Positions 17,298 to 27,316 of a DNA stretch of 64,000 bases are shown piece by piece. The notes beneath the pieces are model-generated. The model searched no databases. It was not told where the DNA came from and was given only the letters and a program-made list of their open reading frames with translations. A program made the translations under genes and the position numbers. Position 1 is the first letter of the stretch; every line of letters begins with the position of its first letter. This DNA is from Bacillota bacterium (lineage in GTDB: Bacteria; Bacillota; Sulfobacillia; SLMV01), in assembly GCA_046483165.1 (NCBI GenBank), contig JAWODQ010000096.1, positions 7,667-71,666 of the forward strand, written 5' to 3'.

Positions 17298-20200
17298 GGC
17301 CGGAATTGCTCGTTTTCTCCGGATTGCACAGTTATCGGGACAGGCAGACGCTGGACTTTCGTTCCCTGGGAGCCGACGGTCTGTTCGGAATATTCGGACC
17401 CACCGGAAGTGGCAAATCGACCATTTTGGATGCCATAACCCTGGCCCTTTATGGTTCCGTCGATCGGGCTTTGTTGCGAACTCGCGGGATCATAAACCTG
17501 GCGGAAGAATCCGCCGAGACTTCGTTTACCTTCCGACTGGCGAACGAGCGGTACCGGGCAGAGCGAATCTTCAGCCGTGATCCTGGAGATCGAGACAGCG
17601 CACACTGCGACCATGCGAGGTTGATTCGAGACCCCGAAGGTGAAGATGAAGTCCTCGCCTCGGCGGCCAAGGCGACGACGGGCGCCGTGGAGGAATTGTT
17701 GGGACTCAGCTCCTCCGAATTTGCTCGGGCAGTGGTATTGCCCCAGGGAAAATTCGATCAATTCCTGCGCCTGACCGGAGGGGAGCGGGCACGCATGCTG
17801 GAACACATCTTTCGCCTCGAAATGTATGGGGATCGCCTGGCGACGCGGGCGAAGGGTTATACGCAACGAGTGTCGGGGGAGATAGATTCGCTGGATCGCG
17901 CGATGACGGAATTGGGAGATTGTTCATGCGATCGACTCGTGGATCTCCGCGAAGAATATCGCGAAACCTATCTCGAGTACCGCGAGGCGGTGCGCGATAC
18001 CGAAGAATTGGCGAAGACTCTAGAAGAACTCAAGAAACTGCACGATATGACCGAAGATTTGCATTGCGCCGATGAGAAATTGCGGCAACTAGGAGCACGA
18101 GAGGAACGAATCTCGCATCTGCGGGAAAGATTGCGGCAGGGGCGGAGCGCCGAGACGATGCGCTCGGTGTTGAATCGGGTCAAAGACCAGCGAAAAAGAG
18201 TCGGGGAATTGGAGGCGCAAAAGCGGAATCTAAAACGAAAACTGCAGCGCGCAGTTTCGGTATACGAGCGGGTGTTGCGAAGGTACGAAGAGGGACGGGC
18301 CGAGGGCCAGGAGCGATTGCGGGATCTGGAGAACCTCTCCGATCGTCTGAGGCGGGTGACCAAAGACGCGGAGGAGCTGGAAAATCTGCACGGCCGATTG
18401 GCCGAAGTAGACGAGAACTGCCAGGAGCTCGAAGAAGAAATCTGCCGATTGAAGAAGCATCGTGCAGACCTTGCCGATCGCCGGACGCGGCATAATCTTA
18501 CCGCGGAGGAGATGGATGCGTCGCGGGCGGAGATTGAGTTTTCCGAAGCGGAGGAGGAAGAGCTCGGTGCCCTGCGAGATGCGAGTCGGCGTTTCGGAGA
18601 AATCGGTGAGGAACTCGTGGAGGTGGAAGAATCTTTGCGTCGCGAGGCCGAATCCTGCCGGCGGCAGCGGGAGGAAATTGTGACGCTTTACCGGGAGATG
18701 GATCCCGAGACATCGATCGCGGAACCCGAGGAAATGCCCGCCGCAGCGAAGCAATTGCTGGAGGCTGCCACTCTCCAGGTAAGTGAGGCTGAGGAGGAAT
18801 GGCGCGAACGGTTCGTGCGCCAAACCGCCGCCGAACTGGCCGTACGCCTGCGCCGAGGAGAGCCATGCCCCGTATGTGGGTCCCGCGAACATCCGAATCC
18901 CGCGCGGGAATCGTCCTCCGAGGACGGGGAAGGAGAAGAGCACCTGCGAGCTGCGCGGGAACGACGGGAACGTATCGATACCTGGCACCGAAAGATCATC
19001 ACTCGCTGTGACCGCTGGAAGGCCCTCCGGGATAGGGCGTTGCAACTACGCGAGGAATACTCCTCTTTGCGTCGTCGTCGTCGGGAACTTCGAGAAACCT
19101 TCGGCGGAGCGGATGGAAGCGATCCTGCAACTCAGTGGCGTAGAGTTTGCGATCGAAGAGAGAGGCGAATGGATCGGGTGAAAACTCTGCGCGAAAGTGC
19201 CAAGAGAACGCGGAGACAACTGGGAGAGATCCGTGAAGACATGGCACGCCTCGATCGAGAGTTGGAGCAATCGGAGACGCAGCTGCAAGACGTCCGTCTG
19301 GAACGGGAGAGATTGAGGTCTCGTGGCGGCGCACTGCGAGATGCCGTCGCGGAGGTGGCCGGCTCGGAGGCACCCGCGAAACTCAGAGTCCGCGTATGCG
19401 AGGAGGCAGCGCGATTGCGTCACAGCCTCGAGACCGCCGAGCGCGCGGAGGCGGAGGCCCGCGACTATCGCGATCGAATGCAGGGGGAGCTGCAAGTCGT
19501 AAAAGCCCGCCTGGAAGATGCCAGCGAGTCTCTCGTGGCGGGCGAAGAGGAACTCCGTCACGGCATAGAAAAGGCCTCATTTGCCGACGAAGAGGGACTT
19601 GAGAACTGTTTGCTCGAGCCCGGCGAGGACGAACTCCTGGAGCGCGAGATCGTAGAATATGGTCGCAAGAAAGATACCCTTCGTGCCGAGATCGATCGGC
19701 TGGAGAAGACCCTGGATGGACGTAGAGTCCGGCGAGAAGAACTGGATGCGGCCGCCGCAGATCTCGAGGCAGCTCGCCAAAGACTGGACGAACTGACACG
19801 CCGCAGGGGCTCGACGTCGGATGCATTGCGCCGAATGGTCGGCAACCGCAGGCGGCATCGCGAATTGAACGAGGAGAAGGAATGCTTACGCCAACGTCGC
19901 GATACCGGGGAACATCTGGTCTCACTGCTTTCGGGACGAAAGCTCGTGACTTTTCTCGCCTCCGAGCATCTCGCCGACATGACGGACGAGGCTTCGCGGC
20001 GCCTGCGCCAGTTGACGGGGGGAAGATTCGGTTTGGAGATGGACGAATCCTCGGAATTTGCCGTTCGAGATGAGCACAACGGTGGACTGTTGCGTCCGGC
20101 GGGAAGTCTGTCGGGAGGGGAGACGTTTTTGGCGTCCCTGTCTCTCGCGCTGGCCCTGTCCTCCAAGATCCAGTTGCGCGGGCGCTATCCCCTCGGATTC

Positions 20201-20416
20201 TTCTTTTTGGACGAAGGGTTTGGCACCTTGGACGAATCGCGGCTGGAAGTGGTTATGAATTCTCTGGAGAGATTGAAGGATAATGAACGCATGGTGGGTT
20301 TGATCAGCCACGTCGCCGAGATCAAGCATCGTCTGTCCCGTTTTGCAGAAGTGATCCCGCCCGGCCATGCAGGTCAGGGAAGTAAAGTGGTTACCCGTGG
20401 TTTGCCGGGCTATTAG
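17294..20416 (+). CDS. sbcC: Exonuclease SbcCD ATPase subunit C (Rad50-like SMC ATPase)
   Basis: 1040 aa. Walker A GPTGSGKST. Long coiled coils. Zinc hook CPVCGS. C-terminal signature LSGGETFLASLSLAL and Walker B FFFLDEGFG. Confidence 0.85.
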   Translation: MRPELLVFSGLHSYRDRQTLDFRSLGADGLFGIFGPTGSGKSTILDAITLALYGSVDRALLRTRGIINLAEESAETSFTFRLANERYRAERIFSRDPGDRDSAHCDHARLIRDPEGEDEVLASAAKATTGAVEELLGLSSSEFARAVVLPQGKFDQFLRLTGGERARMLEHIFRLEMYGDRLATRAKGYTQRVSGEIDSLDRAMTELGDCSCDRLVDLREEYRETYLEYREAVRDTEELAKTLEELKKLHDMTEDLHCADEKLRQLGAREERISHLRERLRQGRSAETMRSVLNRVKDQRKRVGELEAQKRNLKRKLQRAVSVYERVLRRYEEGRAEGQERLRDLENLSDRLRRVTKDAEELENLHGRLAEVDENCQELEEEICRLKKHRADLADRRTRHNLTAEEMDASRAEIEFSEAEEEELGALRDASRRFGEIGEELVEVEESLRREAESCRRQREEIVTLYREMDPETSIAEPEEMPAAAKQLLEAATLQVSEAEEEWRERFVRQTAAELAVRLRRGEPCPVCGSREHPNPARESSSEDGEGEEHLRAARERRERIDTWHRKIITRCDRWKALRDRALQLREEYSSLRRRRRELRETFGGADGSDPATQWRRVCDRRERRMDRVKTLRESAKRTRRQLGEIREDMARLDRELEQSETQLQDVRLERERLRSRGGALRDAVAEVAGSEAPAKLRVRVCEEAARLRHSLETAERAEAEARDYRDRMQGELQVVKARLEDASESLVAGEEELRHGIEKASFADEEGLENCLLEPGEDELLEREIVEYGRKKDTLRAEIDRLEKTLDGRRVRREELDAAAADLEAARQRLDELTRRRGSTSDALRRMVGNRRRHRELNEEKECLRQRRDTGEHLVSLLSGRKLVTFLASEHLADMTDEASRRLRQLTGGRFGLEMDESSEFAVRDEHNGGLLRPAGSLSGGETFLASLSLALALSSKIQLRGRYPLGFFFLDEGFGTLDESRLEVVMNSLERLKDNERMVGLISHVAEIKHRLSRFAEVIPPGHAGQGSKVVTRGLPGY

Positions 20417-20467
20417 TCCGAAATCCGGCGACAAAGCTCCCTCAATACGACGATAATTGACACGAAG

Positions 20468-20497
20468 ATCTCTTCGCGTCTATAATTGTCCCACGAT
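20468..20497 (+). promoter_or_regulatory. Near-consensus sigma-A promoter
   Basis: TTGACA (20468..20473), 18-nt spacer, TATAAT (20492..20497). It lies ~50 nt upstream of the 20547 ORF. Confidence 0.55.
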
Positions 20498-20546
20498 GGT
20501 GAGGTATGTTGGGATCATCCGTGTCACCCGGGAGGAGGCAAAGTTT

Positions 20547-20903
20547 ATGACTGTGCCGCCCTTTGTCGTACCAAAGGATCGAGTCATCATATTGTCTTCG
20601 GGGGCCCAGGATCGCATTTCACTTACCGATGCCGTAACCGCCGTATTGAGACACCTCAACGCCGACTGGGGTCAGGTCAACGACAGCGACAGGATGATGA
20701 ACGACTTCAACCTGGCTCGAAAGGGTATGCTCTTTTCGGAATACCTGACGGACGACGATACGAGGTTTTGGGTGATAACGGAATCGGGACATAAGAGGAC
20801 GATGGTGATGCTTCCACGGGAGTATGGAAAAGATGATGTCGACGATCGAACCGGATATATCCTCCACGGTGTAATGCGCCGGGATGATGGTTGCACCGGG
20901 TGA
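20547..20903 (+). CDS. Hypothetical protein (118 aa, no recognisable domain)
   Basis: Strong SD GGAGGAGG at 8-nt spacing. Acidic protein (MTVPPFVVPKDRVIIL...TDDDTRFWVITESGHKRTMVMLPREYG). Function unknown. Confidence 0.5.
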   Translation: MTVPPFVVPKDRVIILSSGAQDRISLTDAVTAVLRHLNADWGQVNDSDRMMNDFNLARKGMLFSEYLTDDDTRFWVITESGHKRTMVMLPREYGKDDVDDRTGYILHGVMRRDDGCTG

Positions 20904-21152
20904 TCCCGGGTCCACGAAAATCGTACGAGAGAATCTGAGCGAGACTGGGTGTCGTGATATCCCCACGTCCGGATTTGCATTCGCATCCGGACAAAGGCCG
21001 GGGGATGTCACGGCACCCGCGTTTATACTGCTCCGCCGGACGGATGTCGGTCATGTCTCTTCCCCCAAGGGAGCAGGATATCGCGACTTTTGGTCGTAGT
21101 CCTTCGGGGAAACCCAATTGGGCGCAACGAGAAAGGGAATGGGGGTGGTACC

Positions 21153-22589
21153 GTGGCGGTAAAGGCGAAGGTAGCCGCCCGGTATATCGACGAAAATGGC
21201 GACTTCATAGCCGAAGTGGCGGATGAGCTTTGGGAATTGGCTGAGGTTGCCCTCCGCGAGTTCCAATCTGCGGAGTATCTGGCCGAGAAATTGGAAGAGG
21301 AAGGATTCGAAGTCGAGCGAGGGGTAGGGGGATTGCCGACGGCGTTTTTGGCCAGCTGGGGTAGCGGAAAGCCCGTGGTGGGCTTTTTGGGCGAGTACGA
21401 TGCCCTGGCCGGAATGTCGCAAAAGCCCGTGCCACACCGCGAACCGTTGGTGCCGGGGGGAGCAGGTCAGGCCTGTGGTCACAACTTGCTGGGAGCGGGA
21501 GCCTTCGGAGCGGCGATAGCGTTGAAGCGGCAAATGCAGGACGAGAATATGGATGGAACGGTGCGCTTTTACGGCTGTCCCGCCGAGGAAAACCTGTCTG
21601 GTAAAGCATTCATGGCCCGCGACGGCATTTTCGACGATTGTGATGTCTGTCTAACCTGGCATCCCGGGGCCCTGAATAGGGTTCGCAACACTTCCTCGCT
21701 GGCCAACAATGCCGTCAATGTCACCTTTCTGGGGCAGTCTGCCCACGCGGCGGGAGAACCCCAAAACGGGCGCAGCGCCTTGGACGCGGTACAACTTATG
21801 AACATAGGCGTGGAATTCCTTCGGGAGCACATGCCGCAGCAGGCTCGAATTCACTACGTGATAACCGAGGGTGGCGGACAGCCCAACGTGGTTCCCGATC
21901 GCGCCAAAGTGTGGTACCTCGTTCGGGCTCCGCAAAGACACGAAGTGGATGATCTGTACGAACGCGTTCTCAACTGCGCCGGCGGTGCGGCGCAAATGAC
22001 CGATACCGATTACGAGCTGGAATTGCTCAAAGCGATATGGAACGTGTTGCCCAACGCGCCGCTCGAGGACTTGCTCGAGGAATGCATGAATAGAGTGGGT
22101 CCTCCCCAATTCGATGAAGAAGAACGGGACTTCGCCAAAAAGATCATAGCAACGTTCCCCGAGGGAAGAGTGGAGTCGTTCCTCGAGGGCCAGTATCTGA
22201 CGGAAGAACAAATCGAACAGCTCAAAGACCGCGAGTTAAATGACACCGTCTTGTCCCGTTCTCCCGTGCGCGGAGAACCCAAAGGATCGACGGACGTCGG
22301 CGACGTCAGCTGGTGTGCCCCCACGGCCCAATTCACGACCGCATGTAATGCCCTGGGGACGCCGGGCCATTCCTGGCAGTACGCCGCCCAGGCCGGTATG
22401 GGCATCGGTCGAAAGGGTGCCCTTTTGGCAGCGCGAGTCCTGGCCGAAGCGGGTTACGAGGCGATGACCAATCCGTCCTGGATCGAAAAGGCGCGAGCGG
22501 ACTTCGAACGAAGAACTGGGGGACGCAGCTATCGTTCTGCCATGCCCCCCGGACACGAGCCCGCTTTCGACCAATTCAGTGAAGAATAG
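21153..22589 (+). CDS. M20-family amidohydrolase (AbgB / aminobenzoyl-glutamate utilisation protein B-like)
   Basis: GFLGEYDALAG...GHNLLGAGAFGAAIALK...YGCPAEE are M20 metal-binding motifs. Start proposed at GTG 21153 (MAVKAKVAARYIDE...) with SD GGGGTGG. The ORF extends upstream to 21090. Confidence 0.75.
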   Translation: MAVKAKVAARYIDENGDFIAEVADELWELAEVALREFQSAEYLAEKLEEEGFEVERGVGGLPTAFLASWGSGKPVVGFLGEYDALAGMSQKPVPHREPLVPGGAGQACGHNLLGAGAFGAAIALKRQMQDENMDGTVRFYGCPAEENLSGKAFMARDGIFDDCDVCLTWHPGALNRVRNTSSLANNAVNVTFLGQSAHAAGEPQNGRSALDAVQLMNIGVEFLREHMPQQARIHYVITEGGGQPNVVPDRAKVWYLVRAPQRHEVDDLYERVLNCAGGAAQMTDTDYELELLKAIWNVLPNAPLEDLLEECMNRVGPPQFDEEERDFAKKIIATFPEGRVESFLEGQYLTEEQIEQLKDRELNDTVLSRSPVRGEPKGSTDVGDVSWCAPTAQFTTACNALGTPGHSWQYAAQAGMGIGRKGALLAARVLAEAGYEAMTNPSWIEKARADFERRTGGRSYRSAMPPGHEPAFDQFSEE

Positions 22590-22658
22590 TACCGATCCGG
22601 GGCGATCTCTCGGTCGCCCCGGAAGGACTCCACCCCCGCATGCGAGAACTGTTTTACC

Positions 22659-23246
22659 ATGTATTACCATCTCACGACGCGGCAAAGAAAGATAGCGGCG
22701 ATCGCTCTCGTCTTTTTGGGCTTCGGCCTGTTCTTGCGAATCCGTGGTCCAAGATGGGACTCTCTCACTTCACGATTTCCCGAGGATCGGATAATGACCT
22801 CGCTTGGGGCGGAGGAGCTTCCCGAGAGCGAATCTGGAGGGCGCCTGCGAGTTCACGTGGTGGGCGCGGTGGCTCGACCGGGCGTCTATTCCCTTCCCGA
22901 GGAAGCGAGGGTCGAGGACGCACTGAAGAAAGCGGGTGGTCCTCTCTCCACCGCCGATCCGCACGCTCTAAACCTGGCTGCCACAGTCGCCGACGGGGAT
23001 CGAATAGAGGTTCCACGAGAGAGTGGGGACGTCCCGGGCGAAGCGGGGGACGGGCCGGTGAACATAAATGTCGCCGATTCCGAGGAATTGCAGCGCCTTC
23101 ACGGTATCGGCCCTGCGCTGGCGGAAGAGGTAATTGCACTGCGGCGGCGGCGGGGGGAGTTTGAGGCGGTGGAAGAGCTCCTCGAAGTACCCGGTATCGG
23201 TCCGGTAACCCTCGAAAGAATTAGGGACGAGATTACTCTCCGGTGA
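22659..23246 (+). CDS. comEA: Competence protein ComEA (SLBB + helix-hairpin-helix DNA-binding)
   Basis: N-terminal TM anchor. SLBB-like (VHVVGAVARPGVYSLPE...). C-terminal tandem HhH (LQRLHGIGPALAEEVIALR...LLEVPGIGPVTLERI). Confidence 0.8.
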   Translation: MYYHLTTRQRKIAAIALVFLGFGLFLRIRGPRWDSLTSRFPEDRIMTSLGAEELPESESGGRLRVHVVGAVARPGVYSLPEEARVEDALKKAGGPLSTADPHALNLAATVADGDRIEVPRESGDVPGEAGDGPVNINVADSEELQRLHGIGPALAEEVIALRRRRGEFEAVEELLEVPGIGPVTLERIRDEITLR

Positions 23247-24497
23247 TCAAAAACCTTTCAGGGCGACCAGCAGAATTATTGTGGCTGCTACGGAGATGGC
23301 CACCGGGTAGTAGATCTTGAAGACTTTTCCGAGGGACACCCCGAAATAGTGGTTCGTGAGAATCTGGCAAAGGTGCAGAGGCGAGATTAGGTAAGCCAGG
23401 AACGCCGATGAGTATATCAGGAGCACGTAGGTTTCGGCGTTGGCGCCGGCGGCCCGGGCCGCCGGTATTATGAGGGGGAACAATACCGCAATCGTACTCG
23501 CGTGGGAGGCCGATATGTAACCGATCACCACGGCGAGTAGGCCGGCGACCAAATAGAGGGGTACCCCGGCGTCCATCATGGAAGCCATCAATTGGTTGAA
23601 TGCAGTCGTTTCGTTGACGGAACCGCGGAATACCATTATGGCGGCCATGGTGCCGACCAGGGAAAAGTCGATTCCGTCCCACATCATCCCGGGTATCTCT
23701 TTAGGAGATAATTGTCGGGAACTGTTCAAGAACAACATCTGTACCAGCGCCACCGACAGGCCGACCATCAGCGAGATGGCCAGATGCAGGCGAAAACCCA
23801 TGTAGAGGGCCAGGCCGACGATCAAAGGTGACGCGTAACGAAGGAAGGTGACGAAAGCTGCCCGGAAACTATCCTCTTCGAGGCCGGGACCGGAGTCTTC
23901 CGGTAAGTCGGTCAGACCGGGCCGCAGGATGAAGATGTAGCCCGTCACCATCATTACCAACGTCAGGGGCCAGTGCATGGCGATCATCTCGTAAATCTCG
24001 ATGTCGACCAATCGCGAAGCCATTATGTACGTGGGGAGGAAAGGAAATATGAAATACCAGCTGTGTCGGAATATTAGGTTGGCCGCGGACTGGCGTTCCG
24101 GTGACAGTTGAATCTGTTTGCCCAGCCCCCACACCATTGGTGCGGATACTATGGCGCCGCCAGTCATGGGCATACAGCCCACGAGACCGGGTATGAACAT
24201 CAGGGTCAGGGCATCACTGCGAAGCAGCACTCGCAGCGAGTCTACCATTTTGTCGAAGTAACCACATTTCTGCAGGACGTGAGACATGATAGTTATCGCG
24301 GCGACTATAGTCATGAGGTCCATCGTGTCCCGGTGCGTAATCGCCTCGCCGACCACCTGGGCGATGCGGATCGGTGCCGCTCCGGCGAATACGAGCACCA
24401 CCAGAGATGCCATAAGCATGGCGGCCCAAAGTGGCACACGCCGGTTGATCATTACCATCAGGCCAACGAAAGCTATCAGGATGCCTACGAGCTCCAT
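23247..24497 (-). CDS. Polytopic membrane permease (about 12 TM, ion-transporter-superfamily-like, family uncertain)
   Basis: 416 aa, hydrophobic throughout. SD GGGAGAT upstream. No confident family assignment from sequence alone; possibly DUF401-like. Confidence 0.55.
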   Translation of the reverse strand: MELVGILIAFVGLMVMINRRVPLWAAMLMASLVVLVFAGAAPIRIAQVVGEAITHRDTMDLMTIVAAITIMSHVLQKCGYFDKMVDSLRVLLRSDALTLMFIPGLVGCMPMTGGAIVSAPMVWGLGKQIQLSPERQSAANLIFRHSWYFIFPFLPTYIMASRLVDIEIYEMIAMHWPLTLVMMVTGYIFILRPGLTDLPEDSGPGLEEDSFRAAFVTFLRYASPLIVGLALYMGFRLHLAISLMVGLSVALVQMLFLNSSRQLSPKEIPGMMWDGIDFSLVGTMAAIMVFRGSVNETTAFNQLMASMMDAGVPLYLVAGLLAVVIGYISASHASTIAVLFPLIIPAARAAGANAETYVLLIYSSAFLAYLISPLHLCQILTNHYFGVSLGKVFKIYYPVAISVAATIILLVALKGF

Positions 24498-24660
24498 GCG
24501 GATTATCTCCCATCCCGGAAATATTTCGAGCTACGAATTTCAACACGGATATGCTATCACTTGGGAAGAGGTCTGTGAAGAAGCGGGACAGGAGTGTTCT
24601 CGGAGGAAGTCGAAGATGCTTGGGTGACTCACGCAATGAATCGCTTCGTCCGGCGGGAGG

Positions 24661-26913
24661 GTGAACAGCGTACCAATTATGGCAAACGTGAAAAAGAATC
24701 GAGACACATTGTCCGCTCGCGTGCTCAACGTCCGATATTCCTCGCCCGATTCCCTGTGGAAAGTGGTTTCGGTCGAAAGTGACGCGGGGGTTGCCACCGT
24801 AGTCGGGGAATTTCACGAGATAGAGGAAGGCCTGGAATATACTTTCGAGGGACGCTGGGACGTTCATCCGAAGTTCGGCGAACAGTTTCGCGCCGAAAGT
24901 TATCGGCCGAGTCCACCGACGACTCGTCGGGGTATGATAGCCTATCTTTCCAGTGGGCTGATTCGAGGTATCGGCCCGAAGATGGCGGCCCGGATAGTGG
25001 AGCGTTTCGGCGAGGATACATTCGACGTGATCAGCAATTCTCCCGGCCGACTGTTGGAAGTGCCCGGGATAGCGGAAAAGAAGAAGGAACAGCTGATCGA
25101 TTCTTTCGAACAACATAGAAATCTACAGGAGGTCGTCACCTACCTCACCGGATTGGGACTGACGGCGAACATGGCCGTAAAGCTCTATGAAGAGTACGGT
25201 GACGATACCGTCGCGGTAATCCAGGGTGATCCCTACAGGCTCACCAGAGACATTTTCGGCATAGGTTTCAAGAGGGCCGACGCCATCGCCTCCGCGGCGG
25301 GAGTCGATCCGCGGGCACCGAGCCGGTTGCGGGCTGCCCTCGTCTACGTTCTGCGCAGGAGCGCTGAATCCGAGGGCCATACCTATCTTCCTCGCGATGT
25401 ACTCCTCGAGCGCACCTGTCGGCTCCTCGGCGTGGGGCAGGGTGGTGCTGAACCGGACGTTCCGACGCTGGACGACGTCCGAGGCGCCCTGATCATGTGT
25501 GAGAGTACGGGGGAAGTAGTGACGGTGGACGAGGCCATCTACCTGCCCCATTACCTGGAGGCGGAACGCCGGGTTGCCGCACGACTGAGTCACATTCACG
25601 AGGCCGGCGCCGTCACGGCACCTTCTTCCGAGTTGATAGCCCGCGCCACGGAAATGGCCGAATCCCGCCTCGGCATCGAATACGCGGAAGAGCAGAAGAA
25701 GGCCGTCGCCGGGAGCTTTTCCGCGGGGGTCATGGTGGTCACCGGAGGACCGGGCACCGGGAAGACAACCATAGTCCGGGGCATAATCGAGACCTCAGAA
25801 TACCTCGCTGGCGGTTTGCGGGTATTGCTCGCCGCTCCCACTGGAAGGGCGGCCCGGCGTCTGGGTGAGGTGGCGGAACGCGAGGCTACCACCATACATC
25901 GACTGCTGGGTTACGGATTCGTCGAGGGGCAACCGATATTTCGCAACGACGCGGAAAACCCCCTCGAGGGTGACGTATTGATCGTGGACGAGTCCTCCAT
26001 GGTGGACATCGAGTTGGCCGCCCACCTGCTCGACGCCATACCGGATTCCATGCGGGTAATCTTCGTCGGGGATGCCGACCAGCTCCCATCGGTGGGGCCG
26101 GGAAACTTCCTTCGGGACCTCATCGAATCCCGCGCACTCCCCGTCGTTCGTCTCAGCAGGATTTACCGCCAGGACGAGGTTTCCGACATCGTGATCAATG
26201 CCCACCGCATAAATAATGGAGAGATGCCGCGCTTTTCCCCCGGAGGCCAAAGCCATTTCGTCTCCCGCGATGACCCCACGAGCATCTGCAAGGCGGTCGT
26301 CAAGCTGGTGGACGACCTCGTCAATCGGGGTCCGTATTCGTTATCCGATCTCCAGGTCCTGAGCCCGATGCACCGTGGCCCGGCCGGCGTCAGCAACCTC
26401 AATGCCGCCATACAGGAGCGTATGAATCCCGGTCGACCCACCCTACCCGAGGTCAAGGTTGGTGCGGTTACCTATCGGTTGGGTGATAAGGTCATGTGCC
26501 TCCGCAACAATTATGAAAAGGGTCAATTCGGTATCTTCAACGGTAATCAGGGCATCGTGGTAGATGTCCTCTCGCCCGACGAAGAGGAAGTGGACGAGGA
26601 CACGCTGGAGATCGACTTCGACGGGGAATTCGTGCGCTACGGGCGACGGGAGCTCAACGAAATCACCCTGGCGTATGCGAGCACCGTCCACAAGTCGCAG
26701 GGCAGTGAATACCCCGCCGTCATCGCGGTCGTCAGCCTCAGCCATTACGTAATGTTGCAGAGGAATCTCCTATACACTGCGGTAACCAGGGCGCAGAACC
26801 TGCTAATGCTGGTGGGACAGGCGAAGGCGGTCGGCATCATGATCGCCAACGATCGGGTCCGCGAGCGCTACTCGCGAATGGCGGATATGCTGGCCGAGGG
26901 TAGTTTCACGTAG
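24661..26913 (+). CDS. recD2: ATP-dependent RecD-like DNA helicase (RecD2)
   Basis: 750 aa. N-terminal OB/HhH region. Walker A GGPGTGKTT. VDESSMVD (Walker B). A C-terminal SH3-like segment and motif VHKSQGSEY. Confidence 0.85.
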   Translation: MNSVPIMANVKKNRDTLSARVLNVRYSSPDSLWKVVSVESDAGVATVVGEFHEIEEGLEYTFEGRWDVHPKFGEQFRAESYRPSPPTTRRGMIAYLSSGLIRGIGPKMAARIVERFGEDTFDVISNSPGRLLEVPGIAEKKKEQLIDSFEQHRNLQEVVTYLTGLGLTANMAVKLYEEYGDDTVAVIQGDPYRLTRDIFGIGFKRADAIASAAGVDPRAPSRLRAALVYVLRRSAESEGHTYLPRDVLLERTCRLLGVGQGGAEPDVPTLDDVRGALIMCESTGEVVTVDEAIYLPHYLEAERRVAARLSHIHEAGAVTAPSSELIARATEMAESRLGIEYAEEQKKAVAGSFSAGVMVVTGGPGTGKTTIVRGIIETSEYLAGGLRVLLAAPTGRAARRLGEVAEREATTIHRLLGYGFVEGQPIFRNDAENPLEGDVLIVDESSMVDIELAAHLLDAIPDSMRVIFVGDADQLPSVGPGNFLRDLIESRALPVVRLSRIYRQDEVSDIVINAHRINNGEMPRFSPGGQSHFVSRDDPTSICKAVVKLVDDLVNRGPYSLSDLQVLSPMHRGPAGVSNLNAAIQERMNPGRPTLPEVKVGAVTYRLGDKVMCLRNNYEKGQFGIFNGNQGIVVDVLSPDEEEVDEDTLEIDFDGEFVRYGRRELNEITLAYASTVHKSQGSEYPAVIAVVSLSHYVMLQRNLLYTAVTRAQNLLMLVGQAKAVGIMIANDRVRERYSRMADMLAEGSFT

Positions 26914-27173
26914 AGATCGAGAATGGAGGTTATCTCGCACCGGCAATCGGTGGGGGAGGCCGGACCGTGTGACATCGGTCGCATCCATATCGAGATATGT
27001 CCAAGATGCAAATGAGAGGTAAAGAGGATTATGCTCACTTCAGCCCCGCCACCACACTATGCGATTAACTCCACAGAGACACCGCCGGGGTGGTTCCCCG
27101 AGGTCAACACCTTCCATCCAACATACCCGACCGCCGTCGCGGTCACCCTCGAGGTTGCGAAACTCATTTGATC

Positions 27174-27215
27174 ATGTGAATTGCGTCACTAATTAGATTG
27201 TGATATGGTTCACAT
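27174..27215. promoter_or_regulatory. Two tandem Rex-like operator sites (candidate redox-responsive repressor sites)
   Basis: Site 1 is ATGTGAAttgcGTCACTA (27174..27191). Site 2 is TTGTGATatggTTCACAT (27198..27215), matching 16/18 of TTGTGAAnnnnTTCACAA. They lie ~100 nt upstream of the ECF-S gene, which precedes the hydrogenase operon. Confidence 0.4.
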
Positions 27216-27316
27216 GGATTGGGAGAGCCGACGCAACGCCGCCGAAAGGGGCGTGCCGGACTCTCCGAGTAATGGAAGCACGATGCATTTTCTTGATTCG
27301 AGAGGGTGACGGTATT

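Noticed and set aside
16080-20416. SbcC/SbcD pair considered as a possible phage-defence module
   Set aside because: This is the canonical two-gene sbcDC arrangement with translational coupling and a Zn hook. Nothing distinguishes it from the housekeeping DNA-repair nuclease.
17207-20434. Many 60-270 aa ORFs on the minus strand inside sbcC (for example 18230..19045, 19558..20166, 19922..20434)
   Set aside because: They are antisense to a well-supported 1040-aa gene, Arg/Ser/Pro-rich and low-complexity, as is typical of spurious ORFs in high-GC DNA.
26914-27170. Searched the ECF-S upstream region for a TPP riboswitch (CUGAGA / GGGGUGCC cores) because the S component looks ThiW-like
   Set aside because: The conserved TPP aptamer cores are not present. 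Only an unclassified hairpin was found (reported above with low confidence).
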